NCBI GenBank assembly: GCA_017540505.1
Contig: JAFYAW010000017.1
Location: 6,476 to 70,475 of the forward strand
DNA: 64,000 nt
Direction: 5' to 3'
Source of the DNA: Bacteroidales bacterium
GTDB lineage: Bacteria; Bacteroidota; Bacteroidia; Bacteroidales; WCHB1-69
The position numbers and the translations under genes are program-made. The notes beneath the pieces are model-generated. The model had not been told where the DNA came from. It did no database searches and saw only the letters and a list, made by a program, of their open reading frames with translations. Below, in pieces: positions 9,975-19,013 of this stretch. Every line of letters starts with the position of its first letter. Position 1 is the first letter of the stretch.

Positions 9975-10409
9975 TTATTTTTCAACGCCTTCGAATTTCA
10001 TAATCTCCTTTTTCCCGGAATAGAGAGTGAGATTCTTGCCGTCGATGACAAAATTGTTGATGTCTTTTCGGATAGCTCCCATTACGGCTTTCTCAATCTC
10101 CATGTTCGGACATAGGCGTTTGGTCGCGCTGCCGTATTCGATCTCGATCTTCTGTTTTTTCTGGTAATAAGTTCCGAAGAAGATGTTGCAGCCCAAGTTT
10201 CCGTTGTATTGGCCTGTCGTGTCGAAGATGATGTACGGCTTCACTTGAACGGGATATTTGTTTGTCTCCAGTTCCCGGCCTTCGATGGAGACCAAGTTCC
10301 AGCGGGTGCCTTGCAGAGGGAGATTGTCCGTGGAGGTTACCGATTTGTTTGTCTTGCATCCGCCCAAACAGAGAAGGACGAACAGAAAAATGGATAGTTG
10401 GATTTTCAT
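9975..10409 (-). CDS. META-domain (HslJ-like) lipoprotein
   Basis: The internal start MKIQLSIFLFVLLCLGGCKT gives a lipoprotein signal. LQGTRWNLVSIEG...GNLGCNIFFGTY is the META domain signature. The track's longer ORF (to 10706) overlaps engB and is rejected. Confidence 0.7.
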   Translation of the reverse strand: MKIQLSIFLFVLLCLGGCKTNKSVTSTDNLPLQGTRWNLVSIEGRELETNKYPVQVKPYIIFDTTGQYNGNLGCNIFFGTYYQKKQKIEIEYGSATKRLCPNMEIEKAVMGAIRKDINNFVIDGKNLTLYSGKKEIMKFEGVEK

Positions 10410-10410
10410 G

Positions 10411-11028
10411 TCAGATAATGGAATTGGGTTTATTATACTGTTGATTGATTTGTTCGATATATTGGAGAATCTCTTCTTTCCCTTTCTTGGTTTCGGCGGA
10501 GGAAACGAAGGTGGGGGGCAGCGTCTCCCAGGTTTCCAGCAGGCGGTTCTTAAAGCGTTGCACATGGCTCTGTATCTTGCCGGATGAGAGCTTGTCGGCT
10601 TTGGTGAAGATGATGGCGAAAGGGATACCCTGCTCGCCGAGGTTGTCAATGAAGTCAAGGTCGATGGTTTGCGGCTCGATGCGCGAGTCCACCAGCACGA
10701 AGACAACCTGCAGGTTCTCGCGGTACAGGAGGTAGCCGCTGATCATCTTCTGCCATTTGTCGCGCATGGCTTTCGAGATGCTGGCGTAGCCGTAGCCGGG
10801 GAGGTCCACCAGATACCAATTTTTGTTGATAAGGAAGTGGTTGACGGTCTGTGTTTTACCTGGTTTGGATGATGTCTTGGCCAGCTTGCTGTTATTGACC
10901 AGCATGTTGATGAGGGATGATTTCCCCACATTAGAGCGGCCGATGAAGGCGTATTCCGGCAGATGGGCCTCGGGACACTGCCGCCAGTCGGCGACGCTTT
11001 GCAGGAAGGTGGCACTTTTGATGATCAT
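10411..11028 (-). CDS. engB: Ribosome-biogenesis GTPase EngB/YihA/YsxC
   Basis: 205 aa. G1 is GRSNVGKSSLIN, and DLPGYGYA and TKADK complete the typical EngB set. Confidence 0.9.
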   Translation of the reverse strand: MIIKSATFLQSVADWRQCPEAHLPEYAFIGRSNVGKSSLINMLVNNSKLAKTSSKPGKTQTVNHFLINKNWYLVDLPGYGYASISKAMRDKWQKMISGYLLYRENLQVVFVLVDSRIEPQTIDLDFIDNLGEQGIPFAIIFTKADKLSSGKIQSHVQRFKNRLLETWETLPPTFVSSAETKKGKEEILQYIEQINQQYNKPNSII

Positions 11029-11034
11029 ATCCGG

Positions 11035-12333
11035 TTATCTTCGGGTGAGCCAGTCGTTGGGGTTGAGGTTGGAACTGTTGCGCCAGATCTCGAAATGCAG
11101 CTCGTAGGTGTTGGAGGAGACATTCTTGGCCACGGTGCCGATAGTCTGCTTGGTGGAAACCTTGGCTCCTTTGGAGACGTTGACGTTGGCCAGGTTCTGA
11201 TAGACGCTGATGTATTCGCCGTGTCGGATCATGACCACCTTGGTGCCCATGATGTCCATGATGCTGGTCACCTCGCCTTCGAAGACGGCACGCACGGGCG
11301 CGCCTGCGTCGGTGAGGATGTCGATGCCGCGGTTCTCAATGGTCACCGACGGTACGTCGGGATGCGCGTAGTTGCCGTAGTCGCCCACCTTGGCACCCTT
11401 GGCTACGGGCCAGGGCAACCGCCCCTTGTTGTTGATGAAGGAGGTGTTGAGGGTCTTCTCTTCGGGAGTCATGGTGATGGTGGCCGTGCTGCGCGAAGAG
11501 GTGGTAGTCTTGCTGGAGGTGGTGGTGGAAGTGCTGGGTTTGCTACTGCCTTTAGTGTTGGCCTTCCGCTGGTTGGCGGCGGCGATCTCCGCCTCAATGG
11601 CCCGCTTGATGGCGGCGTCCAACTCCTTGCGCTTCTTCTGCTTGGCTTTCAGGTCGGCGGCCAGCTGCTGCGACTGCTTTTTCAGCTGCTCCGCATTCCG
11701 CGTCTTCTCCCGCCGGTCACTCTCCAACTTCTTAATCTCCGTCTCCTTGCCGGACAACAGGTTCAGCTTTTCGTTCTTCAGAGCGATGATCTCCTCGTTT
11801 TTCTGCTTCAGCTCCTGCTGGGTCTGGTCGATCTTGTCGGCCTGCTCCTTCACGTTCTTGGAGAAAAGGGTGAAGAAACGGAAACGCCGGAACATCTGCG
11901 AAAAATCGTCGGAGGCCAGAATGAAGGTCACCTTGTCCATCAGCCGCCGGTTGCGATAGGCCATATAGACCACTTGGGCGTAGTCGGATTTCATGTACTC
12001 CAGCTTTTTCTGGAGCTGGGCAATCATCTGCTGGTTGAGCTCCTGCTGCTCCTCCATCTGCATGATCTCGTTGTTGAGGGCGGTGATCAGCTTCTCGCGG
12101 TTGCTGATCTGCTGGCGCAGAACGGCAATCTGCTGTAAGGAGGCCTTCTGGTTTTTCTCCGTCTTCTTGAGCAGACTTTGCGTGTTGGCAATCTCGTTTT
12201 CGATTTTCTGTTTGTCCTTTTTCAGCTGGCTGCTGCTCTTGGTCTGCGCAAACGCACCTTGAACCCATAGCAGAGGTACCATCATGAGAATCAAAAAGAT
12301 ATGTTTTAACGAAGGAGAGGAATTCTTCGGCAT
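11035..12333 (-). CDS. M23 peptidoglycan DD-metalloendopeptidase family protein with coiled-coil N-terminal half (EnvC-like)
   Basis: 432 aa: signal peptide, a long K/E/Q-rich coiled-coil, a Ser/Thr-rich linker (SSKPSTSTTTSSKTTTSSRSTATIT), then an M23 core (GIDILTDAGAPVRAVFEGEV...VMIRHGEYISVYQNL...ELHFEIW). Confidence 0.85.
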   Translation of the reverse strand: MPKNSSPSLKHIFLILMMVPLLWVQGAFAQTKSSSQLKKDKQKIENEIANTQSLLKKTEKNQKASLQQIAVLRQQISNREKLITALNNEIMQMEEQQELNQQMIAQLQKKLEYMKSDYAQVVYMAYRNRRLMDKVTFILASDDFSQMFRRFRFFTLFSKNVKEQADKIDQTQQELKQKNEEIIALKNEKLNLLSGKETEIKKLESDRREKTRNAEQLKKQSQQLAADLKAKQKKRKELDAAIKRAIEAEIAAANQRKANTKGSSKPSTSTTTSSKTTTSSRSTATITMTPEEKTLNTSFINNKGRLPWPVAKGAKVGDYGNYAHPDVPSVTIENRGIDILTDAGAPVRAVFEGEVTSIMDIMGTKVVMIRHGEYISVYQNLANVNVSKGAKVSTKQTIGTVAKNVSSNTYELHFEIWRNSSNLNPNDWLTRR

Positions 12334-12531
12334 AATTGCATTTTTTTAACTTGCAAAGATATAACGGATGTGTCGTTTTTTTAGTGTGATACTATATTAA
12401 TTATAAACCATGTAATGTTAGCCTATTATCGTTTCTAAAATCGTTTTTCTTTGGTCGTTAGGAGTTGGCGGTTATTTAATGCATGTTTAAGTAAAATATT
12501 TTCAGAAAAAAATAATAACCCCCTGACCCCT

Positions 12532-12552
12532 ATTCACTGTTCACTATTCACT
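12532..12552 (+). repeat. Three tandem heptads ATTCACT-GTTCACT-ATTCACT just upstream of the gcvP -7 box
   Basis: Read directly from the sequence. TTCACT occurs at 12533-38, 12540-45 and 12547-52. Confidence 0.6.
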
Positions 12553-12561
12553 AAAAAATTG

Positions 12562-12569
12562 TATTTTTG
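12562..12569 (+). promoter_or_regulatory. -7 box TATTTTTG for gcvP
   Basis: TAnnTTTG match 50 nt upstream of ATG 12620. Confidence 0.45.
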
Positions 12570-12619
12570 CCTTTCCTCTATTTTGGATAAAAAGTATTTA
12601 TAACTAATTTAAAATCAAT

Positions 12620-15478
12620 ATGATAATTAAAGACAACTTTGTTAGCAGACACAATGGTCCGAGCGAGGCCGAACAGCAGAAGATGCTGGAAGTGATTGGC
12701 GTTAAGACGATGGATGAACTGATCGAGAAGACGGTTCCCGCCGCTATCCGCCTGCCCAAGCCGCTGGACCTGCCGGAAGGCATGACCGAGGGCGAATACC
12801 TCAACCACATTCACGCCCTGATGGCGAAGAACAAGATTTACCGTTCCTACATCGGTATGGGTCATTACAACACCTACACCCCGGCGGTGATTCTGCGCAA
12901 TATTTTCGAGAATCCGGGCTGGTACACCTCCTACACCCCGTACCAGGCGGAGATTTCCCAAGGCCGTATCGAGGCCCTGCTGAACTACCAGACGATGATC
13001 AGCAGCCTGACCGCCATGCCGCTGGCCAACGCTTCCATGCTGGATGACGCCACCGCCGCGGGCGAGATGATGCTGATGTTCTTCCGCAGCCGCAGCCGCG
13101 AGCAGCAAAAGAACAACGTGGTGAAATATTTCGTGGCAGAAGGCGTGTTCCCGCACTCTATCGGTGTGATGAAGACCAACGCTGCCCCGCACGGCATCGA
13201 GCTCGTGATCGGCAAACCCGACCAGGTGGAACTTGACGAGACCTTCTTTGGTGCGATGATCCAGTATCCGAACTACTGGGGCAGCATCCACAATTATAGC
13301 GCGTGGGTTGAGAAAGCGCACGCCAAGAACATCTTCGTGGGCGTGGCCACCGATCTGTACGCTCTGACGCTGCTCACGCCTCCGGGCGAGTGGGGTGCTG
13401 ATTGCGTGGTCGGCTCCACCCAGCGTTTCGGTATCCCGATGGGCTACGGAAGCCCCGCCGCCGGCTTCTACGCTTGCCGCGAGAGCTTCCTGCGCCAGAT
13501 GCCCGGCCGTATCATCGGCGTCACAGTCGATGCACAGGGCAACCGCGCCGTCCGTATGGCCCTGCAGACCCGCGAGCAGCACATCAAACGCGAGCGCGCA
13601 ACCTCCAACATCTGTACCGCCAGCGCCCTCACCGCCATCATGGCCGGCTTCTACGGCATGTGGCATGGTGCCGAGGGACTGAAGAACAAAGCTGTCAAGA
13701 TCAACGTGTTGGCTGGCGTTCTCGCCGAAGAAGCAGCCAAATACGGCTTCAAACAGTATAACGAAAACTACTTCGACACCCTCTGCCTCGAGACACCCGA
13801 AGGCATCACCTGCGAGGATGTGAAGAAAGTGGCCCTGTCGAAGGAAATCAACCTCTGCTACCATTGCGAGCGTTGCTTCACCATCTCGTTGGACGAGACC
13901 GTCACCCACGACGATGTCAACGATATCCTTGAAGTGCTGGCCATTGCCGCTGGCAAACCGTTCACCCCGCACGTGTGCGACGGCAAATGCGGTATTCCTG
14001 ATCTGCATATTCCTGCCGAACTGACCCGTAAGAGTGCCTTCATGCAGCACAAGATTTTCAACCAGTATCATTCCGAAACGGAAATGATGCGTTATATGAA
14101 GATGCTGGAAGTGAAGGATTTGTCGCTCAACCGCGCCATGATTCCGCTGGGATCCTGCACCATGAAACTGAATGCCGCTGCCGAAATGCTGCCGCTGAGC
14201 TGGGCTGAGACTTGCAACATCCATCCGTACGCTCCCGCCGACCAAGCTGAAGGTTATCGCGAGATGCTGGACGAAGTGTGCAACTGGTTGGCCAAGATTA
14301 CCGGTTTCGCAGCCATCTCACTGCAACCCAACTCCGGTGCCGCTGGCGAGTATGCCGGTATGACCGTTATCCGCAACTACCACCTCAGCCGTGGCGAGGG
14401 TCACCGCAACATCTGCCTGATCCCGTCTTCCGCACACGGCACCAACCCCGCTTCTTCTGCTAAGGCCGGCAACAAGATCGTGGTGGTGAAGGCTACCGAG
14501 CACGGTGAAGTCGATATTGAGGATCTGCGCGCAAAAGCCGAGCAATACAAGGATAACCTTTCCTGCCTGATGATTACCTATCCTTCCACGCACGGCGTGT
14601 TTGAGGAAGGCATCCTCGAAATCATCAAGATTATCCACGAGAACGGCGGTCTGGTCTATATGGACGGTGCCAACATGAACGCCCAGGTGGGTCTCACCTC
14701 TCCGGGCACCATGGGCGCCGACGTCTGCCACCTCAACCTGCACAAGACCTTCGCCATGCCTCACGGCGGTGGCGGTCCTGGCGTTGGCCCGATCGGCGTA
14801 TGTGAAAAGCTCGTCCCGTTCCTGCCCAACCACGCAACCGTGAAGGTCGGTGGTGAGAACGGCAGCCAAGTGGCTACGGCTCCTTACGGCAGCGCCTATC
14901 TGATTCCGATCACCTATGGTTACCTCAAGATGCTGGGCGGCACAGGTTTGACGGAAGTCACCAAGACGGCCATCCTGAACGCCAACTACATGCGTGCCCG
15001 TTTGGAGAAGGATTACAAAATCCTCTACACAGGTAAAAACGGCATGTGCGCACACGAGATGATTCTCGACTGCAACGAATTTGACCGTCATGCGGGCGTG
15101 CAAGTGGGTGACATCGCCAAACGATTGATGGACTACGGTTTCCATGCTCCCACAGTGGCCTTCCCGGTGCACGGCACCTTGATGGTGGAACCCACCGAGA
15201 GCGAGCCGCTGAGCGAGCTCGACCGCTTCTGCGACGCGATGATCGCCATCCGTCAGGAAATCCGCGACATCGAGGAGGGCAAGTACGAGCGCGACAACAA
15301 CCTCATCAAGAATGCGCCGCACACCATGAACGTGGTCTGCGCCGACACGTGGGATCGTCCTTACACCCGTCAGCAGGCTGCCTTCCCGCTGCCGCACATC
15401 GAGAAGTACTGGCCGACCGTCGGCAAGATCGACGACGCTTACGGCGACAGAAATCTCGTTTGTGTGCTGAGCGAGTAG
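12620..15478 (+). CDS. gcvP: Glycine dehydrogenase (decarboxylating), single-chain P-protein
   Basis: 952 aa. FVSRHNGPSE...YIGMGHYNT.TP.VILRNI.ENPGWYT.YTPYQAEISQGR...NLHKTF..PHGGGGPG are canonical GcvP motifs. Confidence 0.97.
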   Translation: MIIKDNFVSRHNGPSEAEQQKMLEVIGVKTMDELIEKTVPAAIRLPKPLDLPEGMTEGEYLNHIHALMAKNKIYRSYIGMGHYNTYTPAVILRNIFENPGWYTSYTPYQAEISQGRIEALLNYQTMISSLTAMPLANASMLDDATAAGEMMLMFFRSRSREQQKNNVVKYFVAEGVFPHSIGVMKTNAAPHGIELVIGKPDQVELDETFFGAMIQYPNYWGSIHNYSAWVEKAHAKNIFVGVATDLYALTLLTPPGEWGADCVVGSTQRFGIPMGYGSPAAGFYACRESFLRQMPGRIIGVTVDAQGNRAVRMALQTREQHIKRERATSNICTASALTAIMAGFYGMWHGAEGLKNKAVKINVLAGVLAEEAAKYGFKQYNENYFDTLCLETPEGITCEDVKKVALSKEINLCYHCERCFTISLDETVTHDDVNDILEVLAIAAGKPFTPHVCDGKCGIPDLHIPAELTRKSAFMQHKIFNQYHSETEMMRYMKMLEVKDLSLNRAMIPLGSCTMKLNAAAEMLPLSWAETCNIHPYAPADQAEGYREMLDEVCNWLAKITGFAAISLQPNSGAAGEYAGMTVIRNYHLSRGEGHRNICLIPSSAHGTNPASSAKAGNKIVVVKATEHGEVDIEDLRAKAEQYKDNLSCLMITYPSTHGVFEEGILEIIKIIHENGGLVYMDGANMNAQVGLTSPGTMGADVCHLNLHKTFAMPHGGGGPGVGPIGVCEKLVPFLPNHATVKVGGENGSQVATAPYGSAYLIPITYGYLKMLGGTGLTEVTKTAILNANYMRARLEKDYKILYTGKNGMCAHEMILDCNEFDRHAGVQVGDIAKRLMDYGFHAPTVAFPVHGTLMVEPTESEPLSELDRFCDAMIAIRQEIRDIEEGKYERDNNLIKNAPHTMNVVCADTWDRPYTRQQAAFPLPHIEKYWPTVGKIDDAYGDRNLVCVLSE

Positions 15479-15503
15479 GAGATTCTTTGGATACGATAAT
15501 GAA

Positions 15504-15533
15504 CAGCGGGGAGGACGAAAGTTCTCCCCGCTG
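15504..15533 (+). terminator. Hairpin terminator after gcvP
   Basis: CAGCGGGGAG-gacgaaagtt-CTCCCCGCTG, a 10-bp GC-rich stem followed by GGTTTAT. Confidence 0.6.
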
Positions 15534-15579
15534 GGTTTATGGGCGCATCCGTCGGGAACCTGTCAGTGGAGGTTATGCT

Positions 15580-15771
15580 GGAGATTCCGCTCGACGCTTC
15601 GCGTCTCGCGGAATGACGGTGCCGCGACGGGGAAAAACGGGGAAAAAGAAGGGCGGCGGAAAAAGGTGTCTGGCAACGGGGCGTTCCTACCCGCCGCCCT
15701 TCTTTTTCCCTTTTTGCCTCCTGCGGAGGTCCGTCATTCCGCTGCGAACGCAGTGAGCGAGCGGAATCTCC
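15580..15771. repeat. ~190-bp imperfect palindromic (REP/MITE-like) intergenic element
   Basis: The termini GGAGATTCCGCTCG (15580-93) and CGAGCGGAATCTCC (15758-71) are perfect inverted repeats. Inner matching blocks are CGGAATGACGG/CCGTCATTCCG and GAAGGGCGGCGG (15648-59)/CCGCCGCCCTTC (15691-702). Each arm also holds its own small hairpin. Confidence 0.75.
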
Positions 15772-15958
15772 GGCTGTCACAAGGAATTCTGATGTTTTAT
15801 ATTACTACCCCGCCCTTCGGGCACCCCTTCTGAAACAGAAGGGGAATTTCCCCGCGCCGGCACGGTGGTGCCGTGGAGGGAAATATAGTACGAACGAGTG
15901 TCTCGCCACAATAAATTATTGAACAAAAACGTTAATTATGCACTTCAATTAGACGTTT

Positions 15959-16642
15959 ATGAGAAAGTTAAACCGAATCCCGCTGACTGTTTTCTTTTGT
16001 TTGTTTTTCAGCATGTTCATCAGTTCCTATGCCCAGAAAGATTCTATTCTCTGCGTAAAAATCGACTCTTACGGTATGTACGCACCTCGCGGAGAAAATT
16101 CGGTTCCACCTTACAAATATCCATCCACAGCCATTGCTTTTCAGTACAATGAACGGTCGTTTTATCTTCCCATCTTGGATTCAGTCTGGCCTGATTTCGG
16201 TATTGATTTTGGTGACACCGTGTTGCTCACACTCAAAACGTTCAAGAATCGCATCGGATACTTTAAAGAAAAACCATACGTTGTCATTACGAATATTCAA
16301 AGAATGCGTTCGGCAGGGGTTCACGACACCCTCTGCCGGTTAATTTCCTTTTCCGATACGATATACATCACCGATATGGATGCGCATTACACCATAGACC
16401 GTTATCGTAGCGACTGTTGGGGCAATTCCGGAAAGAAACTCGACCATCCGTTGTATATCTTGCATATCAAAGGCCCCCTTTGCGGGAAACTTTCCACCCT
16501 GGTCTGCCAATCCGCCGATTACTACGAACGCGGAAACCGACGGTGGATTCCGATGAAACGGCTGAAGACCAAAGTAAATCCTGCGGTGGATGTCACACTG
16601 GAGGAAGCAGGTTGTCAGTTGCTGTTCCAGTTTGAGGACTAA
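15959..16642 (+). CDS. Hypothetical secreted protein
   Basis: 227 aa with a signal peptide (MRKLNRIPLTVFFCLFFSMFISSYAQ). I recognise no family motif. It is AT-richer than the flanks. Confidence 0.5.
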   Translation: MRKLNRIPLTVFFCLFFSMFISSYAQKDSILCVKIDSYGMYAPRGENSVPPYKYPSTAIAFQYNERSFYLPILDSVWPDFGIDFGDTVLLTLKTFKNRIGYFKEKPYVVITNIQRMRSAGVHDTLCRLISFSDTIYITDMDAHYTIDRYRSDCWGNSGKKLDHPLYILHIKGPLCGKLSTLVCQSADYYERGNRRWIPMKRLKTKVNPAVDVTLEEAGCQLLFQFED

Positions 16643-16702
16643 AACGATAATTTTTTCCCGCAGAATTCGCAGATGTTGCGATGCAGATTGGGAGGGGATA
16701 GC

Positions 16703-18508
16703 CTAACGCACCACCACTTTTTTGGACGTCTTGCCTGCAGAGGTTGTCACATTCACGACGTAGATGCCAGCCGGCAGGTCGGATGTGGGGATAACCACGT
16801 GGCTGCCGCTATAGCGGTTGTCTATCAGCTTCTGACCTTTCATATTGTAAACCTCAACCCGAAGAATCTCCGCAAAAGTGATTTTCATGAAATCGGAGGC
16901 CGGATTCGGGAAGATTTTGACCTCAATCTCGTTGTGCTCGTTCACACCAACTTGGCTGACTAACAGATTTACAGGCAAGACCTTTGTTTTAAATCTATCC
17001 GAAAACATGTGTATTTTAGCAGAGCGTCTCTCCCCAACATTCATATTGCCAATATGCGCGGTTACTGCAGCAGTCTCGCTTCCATTTCCACCTATAGGCA
17101 TTTCTGATGGTATATCAAGCCATTGGGCTATGGGCGTTCCGTCAATTGCAATTGAAATAGGGATGGTTCGACTGTCAATTTCGGGGTCATACTGTGAATA
17201 ATGAACGTTGTTGGAATAAACCCAATCGTGACGTTGTCCATAAAGATAACGCTTGTTCATATCTATGCTGTCACCGATGACAAGCGTATAGCAGGAATCT
17301 GTACGGACCTCGAATTCAATATATACCCAAATGTGGCTGCCATCGATGACTGCTGGGGTGGTCAGGATTACCTCGTTCCAGCCTTCTACAGGCACGAAAG
17401 GTTGAGTACTTAATACATTCCAGTGAGATTTACCTGGAATCGTATCGTATAACGTTGAAATCATACTAACTCTGCCAGAAATGGCCCCTTCTCCCAGCGG
17501 GAAGCGGACTTTTTGGATGGTTTTGCCGATATGCGGTTTCAGTTCATTTGCTTCAAATGCATAATCAAACATATATTGAATTTGCATATTATCGTATGGA
17601 AGGGAATCGCACTTGACGATACTATAAATCGAGTCATTATGATTGTCAAGTTCGATTATGCCGGTTGGGGTCATGTCCGGATTTGGAATGTCGTAGGTGA
17701 TGATGTTTTTGACAGTAATATTATGGTAATCCGGATTGTTGATTTCAAGTTCAATCGTGTCGATGTCATTAGGGATCGTTGAAAACCAAAGGGTGTCGGC
17801 ATTCACGGGAAGCGTGTCTGAAAAAGCCTCAATTTCAGTCAACGTGAAGTCGTCAACATAATAATCCCCGGGGATATCACCCGGTGCGAGAGAGAAGAAA
17901 TTTATGACATCAAGCGCAAGATAATCCAGATTCTGATACTCTTGCGAATAATGCCATGGCCAGGTTTTGACCGTGACATTGTTGACCTTAATCATTGCAT
18001 AGTCATGGCTTAAATCCACATCCACAAGTATGGGGAACCAAGCGTTAGACGGATAAGAGAATTCAGTGGTGTCACCTCCCGCTATGAAATATCCGGTACC
18101 GTTGTTTCTAAAATAGGTGGCGAATGCCCAAAAGTTTCCAAAATCCTGCTGCACATTAAAGTAGGCACCAGGACCTTGCGACGGCACATAATAATTAAAA
18201 GATATGGTATAGTGGCCGTTTCTGAAGGGAGCACTATAGTTCGTGGAAGCGTCGATGGGATTCACAAAGAAAATCTGGTCGTTTGCGTTGGAAATATGCA
18301 GCGAATTGGGTGCCGAGGCGGCCAGAGTGTTAACAATCACGCCGTCCTGTTCGGGACGGTGTCCCCAAGTGGACCACCACGATGGATTGCTCGCAGATAA
18401 GGAACTGTCTGCGGTGTAACTGTCAAAGTTGTCGCTGAATACAACGGTCTGTGCCGATGCTGCCGCAAAGATTAGAAACAAGGAGATAAAGGTAAAAAAA
18501 CGGTTCAT
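16703..18508 (-). CDS. T9SS cargo: secreted protein with C-terminal sorting domain (Por_Secre_tail)
   Basis: 601 aa with a signal peptide (FLIFAAASAQ). The C-terminal ~80 aa, KIFPNPASDFMKITF...VEVYNMKGQKLID...LPAGIYVVNVTTSAGKTSKKVVVR, fit the T9SS CTD pattern. Confidence 0.8.
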   Translation of the reverse strand: MNRFFTFISLFLIFAAASAQTVVFSDNFDSYTADSSLSASNPSWWSTWGHRPEQDGVIVNTLAASAPNSLHISNANDQIFFVNPIDASTNYSAPFRNGHYTISFNYYVPSQGPGAYFNVQQDFGNFWAFATYFRNNGTGYFIAGGDTTEFSYPSNAWFPILVDVDLSHDYAMIKVNNVTVKTWPWHYSQEYQNLDYLALDVINFFSLAPGDIPGDYYVDDFTLTEIEAFSDTLPVNADTLWFSTIPNDIDTIELEINNPDYHNITVKNIITYDIPNPDMTPTGIIELDNHNDSIYSIVKCDSLPYDNMQIQYMFDYAFEANELKPHIGKTIQKVRFPLGEGAISGRVSMISTLYDTIPGKSHWNVLSTQPFVPVEGWNEVILTTPAVIDGSHIWVYIEFEVRTDSCYTLVIGDSIDMNKRYLYGQRHDWVYSNNVHYSQYDPEIDSRTIPISIAIDGTPIAQWLDIPSEMPIGGNGSETAAVTAHIGNMNVGERRSAKIHMFSDRFKTKVLPVNLLVSQVGVNEHNEIEVKIFPNPASDFMKITFAEILRVEVYNMKGQKLIDNRYSGSHVVIPTSDLPAGIYVVNVTTSAGKTSKKVVVR

Positions 18509-18633
18509 AATTTGGAATTTGATGATAATACTAGATTTGCGGCGGCAAAAGTAAAAAAAACACGCTATTTTTGCTATCGGAAAAATTTTTTAAAAAAAAT
18601 AGTACTATGTATTGCATGGTATTATAAAAAGTG

Positions 18634-18641
18634 TATCTTTG
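18634..18641 (+). promoter_or_regulatory. -7 box TATCTTTG for the padR-pspC pair
   Basis: TAnnTTTG match 22 nt upstream of ATG 18664. This disfavours the track's GTG start at 18631. Confidence 0.45.
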
Positions 18642-18663
18642 CGGCGTTGTAAAATATGCCGCC

Positions 18664-19002
18664 ATGCCAATCAATACCGACAATATCAAAGCTCAGATGC
18701 GCAAGGGTTTTCTGGAATACTGCATCCTGCACGTCATTTCCCGGAGGCCGGCGTACGTGTCAGACATCATCGATGAATTGAAGAAAGCCCGCCTGATTGT
18801 GGTGGAGGGCACGCTCTACCCGCTACTGTCACGGTTGAAAAACGTGGGTTGCCTCACCTATCAGTGGCAGGAATCGCTGCAGGGACCGCCCCGCAAGTAC
18901 TATGAGCTCACCGAAGAGGGCCACCGTTTCCTTTCGGAACTGGAGGAGGCCTGGTGCGAGCTGCAAGAGGCGGTGAATATCATTAAATCTGATAACCTTT
19001 AA
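18664..19002 (+). CDS. PadR-family transcriptional regulator
   Basis: MRKGFLEYCILHVIS...YVSDIIDEL...IVVEGTLYPLLSRLKN.G......QES..GPPRKYYELTEEG is the PadR winged-helix signature. Confidence 0.85.
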   Translation: MPINTDNIKAQMRKGFLEYCILHVISRRPAYVSDIIDELKKARLIVVEGTLYPLLSRLKNVGCLTYQWQESLQGPPRKYYELTEEGHRFLSELEEAWCELQEAVNIIKSDNL

Positions 19003-19013
19003 TTATCATAAAT

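Noticed and set aside
9975-10706. N-terminally extended versions of several ORFs in the track: 9975..10706, 20665..21354, 21243..21842, 27173..28501, 39692..40882, 42538..43155, 43064..44323, 18631..19002 and 7256..8356.
   Set aside because: The extensions overlap the upstream gene or cross a -7 promoter box, have unnatural composition, and internal ATGs give canonical N-termini (signal peptides, Walker A, family motifs). The shorter coordinates are used in the feature list.
12334-12619. Glycine riboswitch upstream of gcvP.
   Set aside because: The region is AT-rich and lacks the conserved GGAGAG...ACCGAAGGGGCAA-type cores of the glycine aptamers.
12578-14245. 555-aa ORF antisense to gcvP. 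Similar long antisense ORFs occur at 14318..15397, 8418..9740 (antisense to gldJ), 10963..12138 (antisense to the M23 gene), 24033..26186 (antisense to the Omp85-like gene), 27851..28471, 29252..29893 and 51350..52810.
   Set aside because: Each lies opposite a gene with unmistakable family motifs. Their translations are low-complexity and rich in Arg/Gly/His/Val, as expected for stop-poor shadow frames of GC-rich coding DNA, and no motifs or signals support them.
15349-15780. ORFs of 135 aa (+) and 113 aa (-) in the gcvP downstream intergenic region.
   Set aside because: They run straight across the palindromic repeat element, which yields mirror-image ORFs on both strands. This is the typical artefact of such elements.
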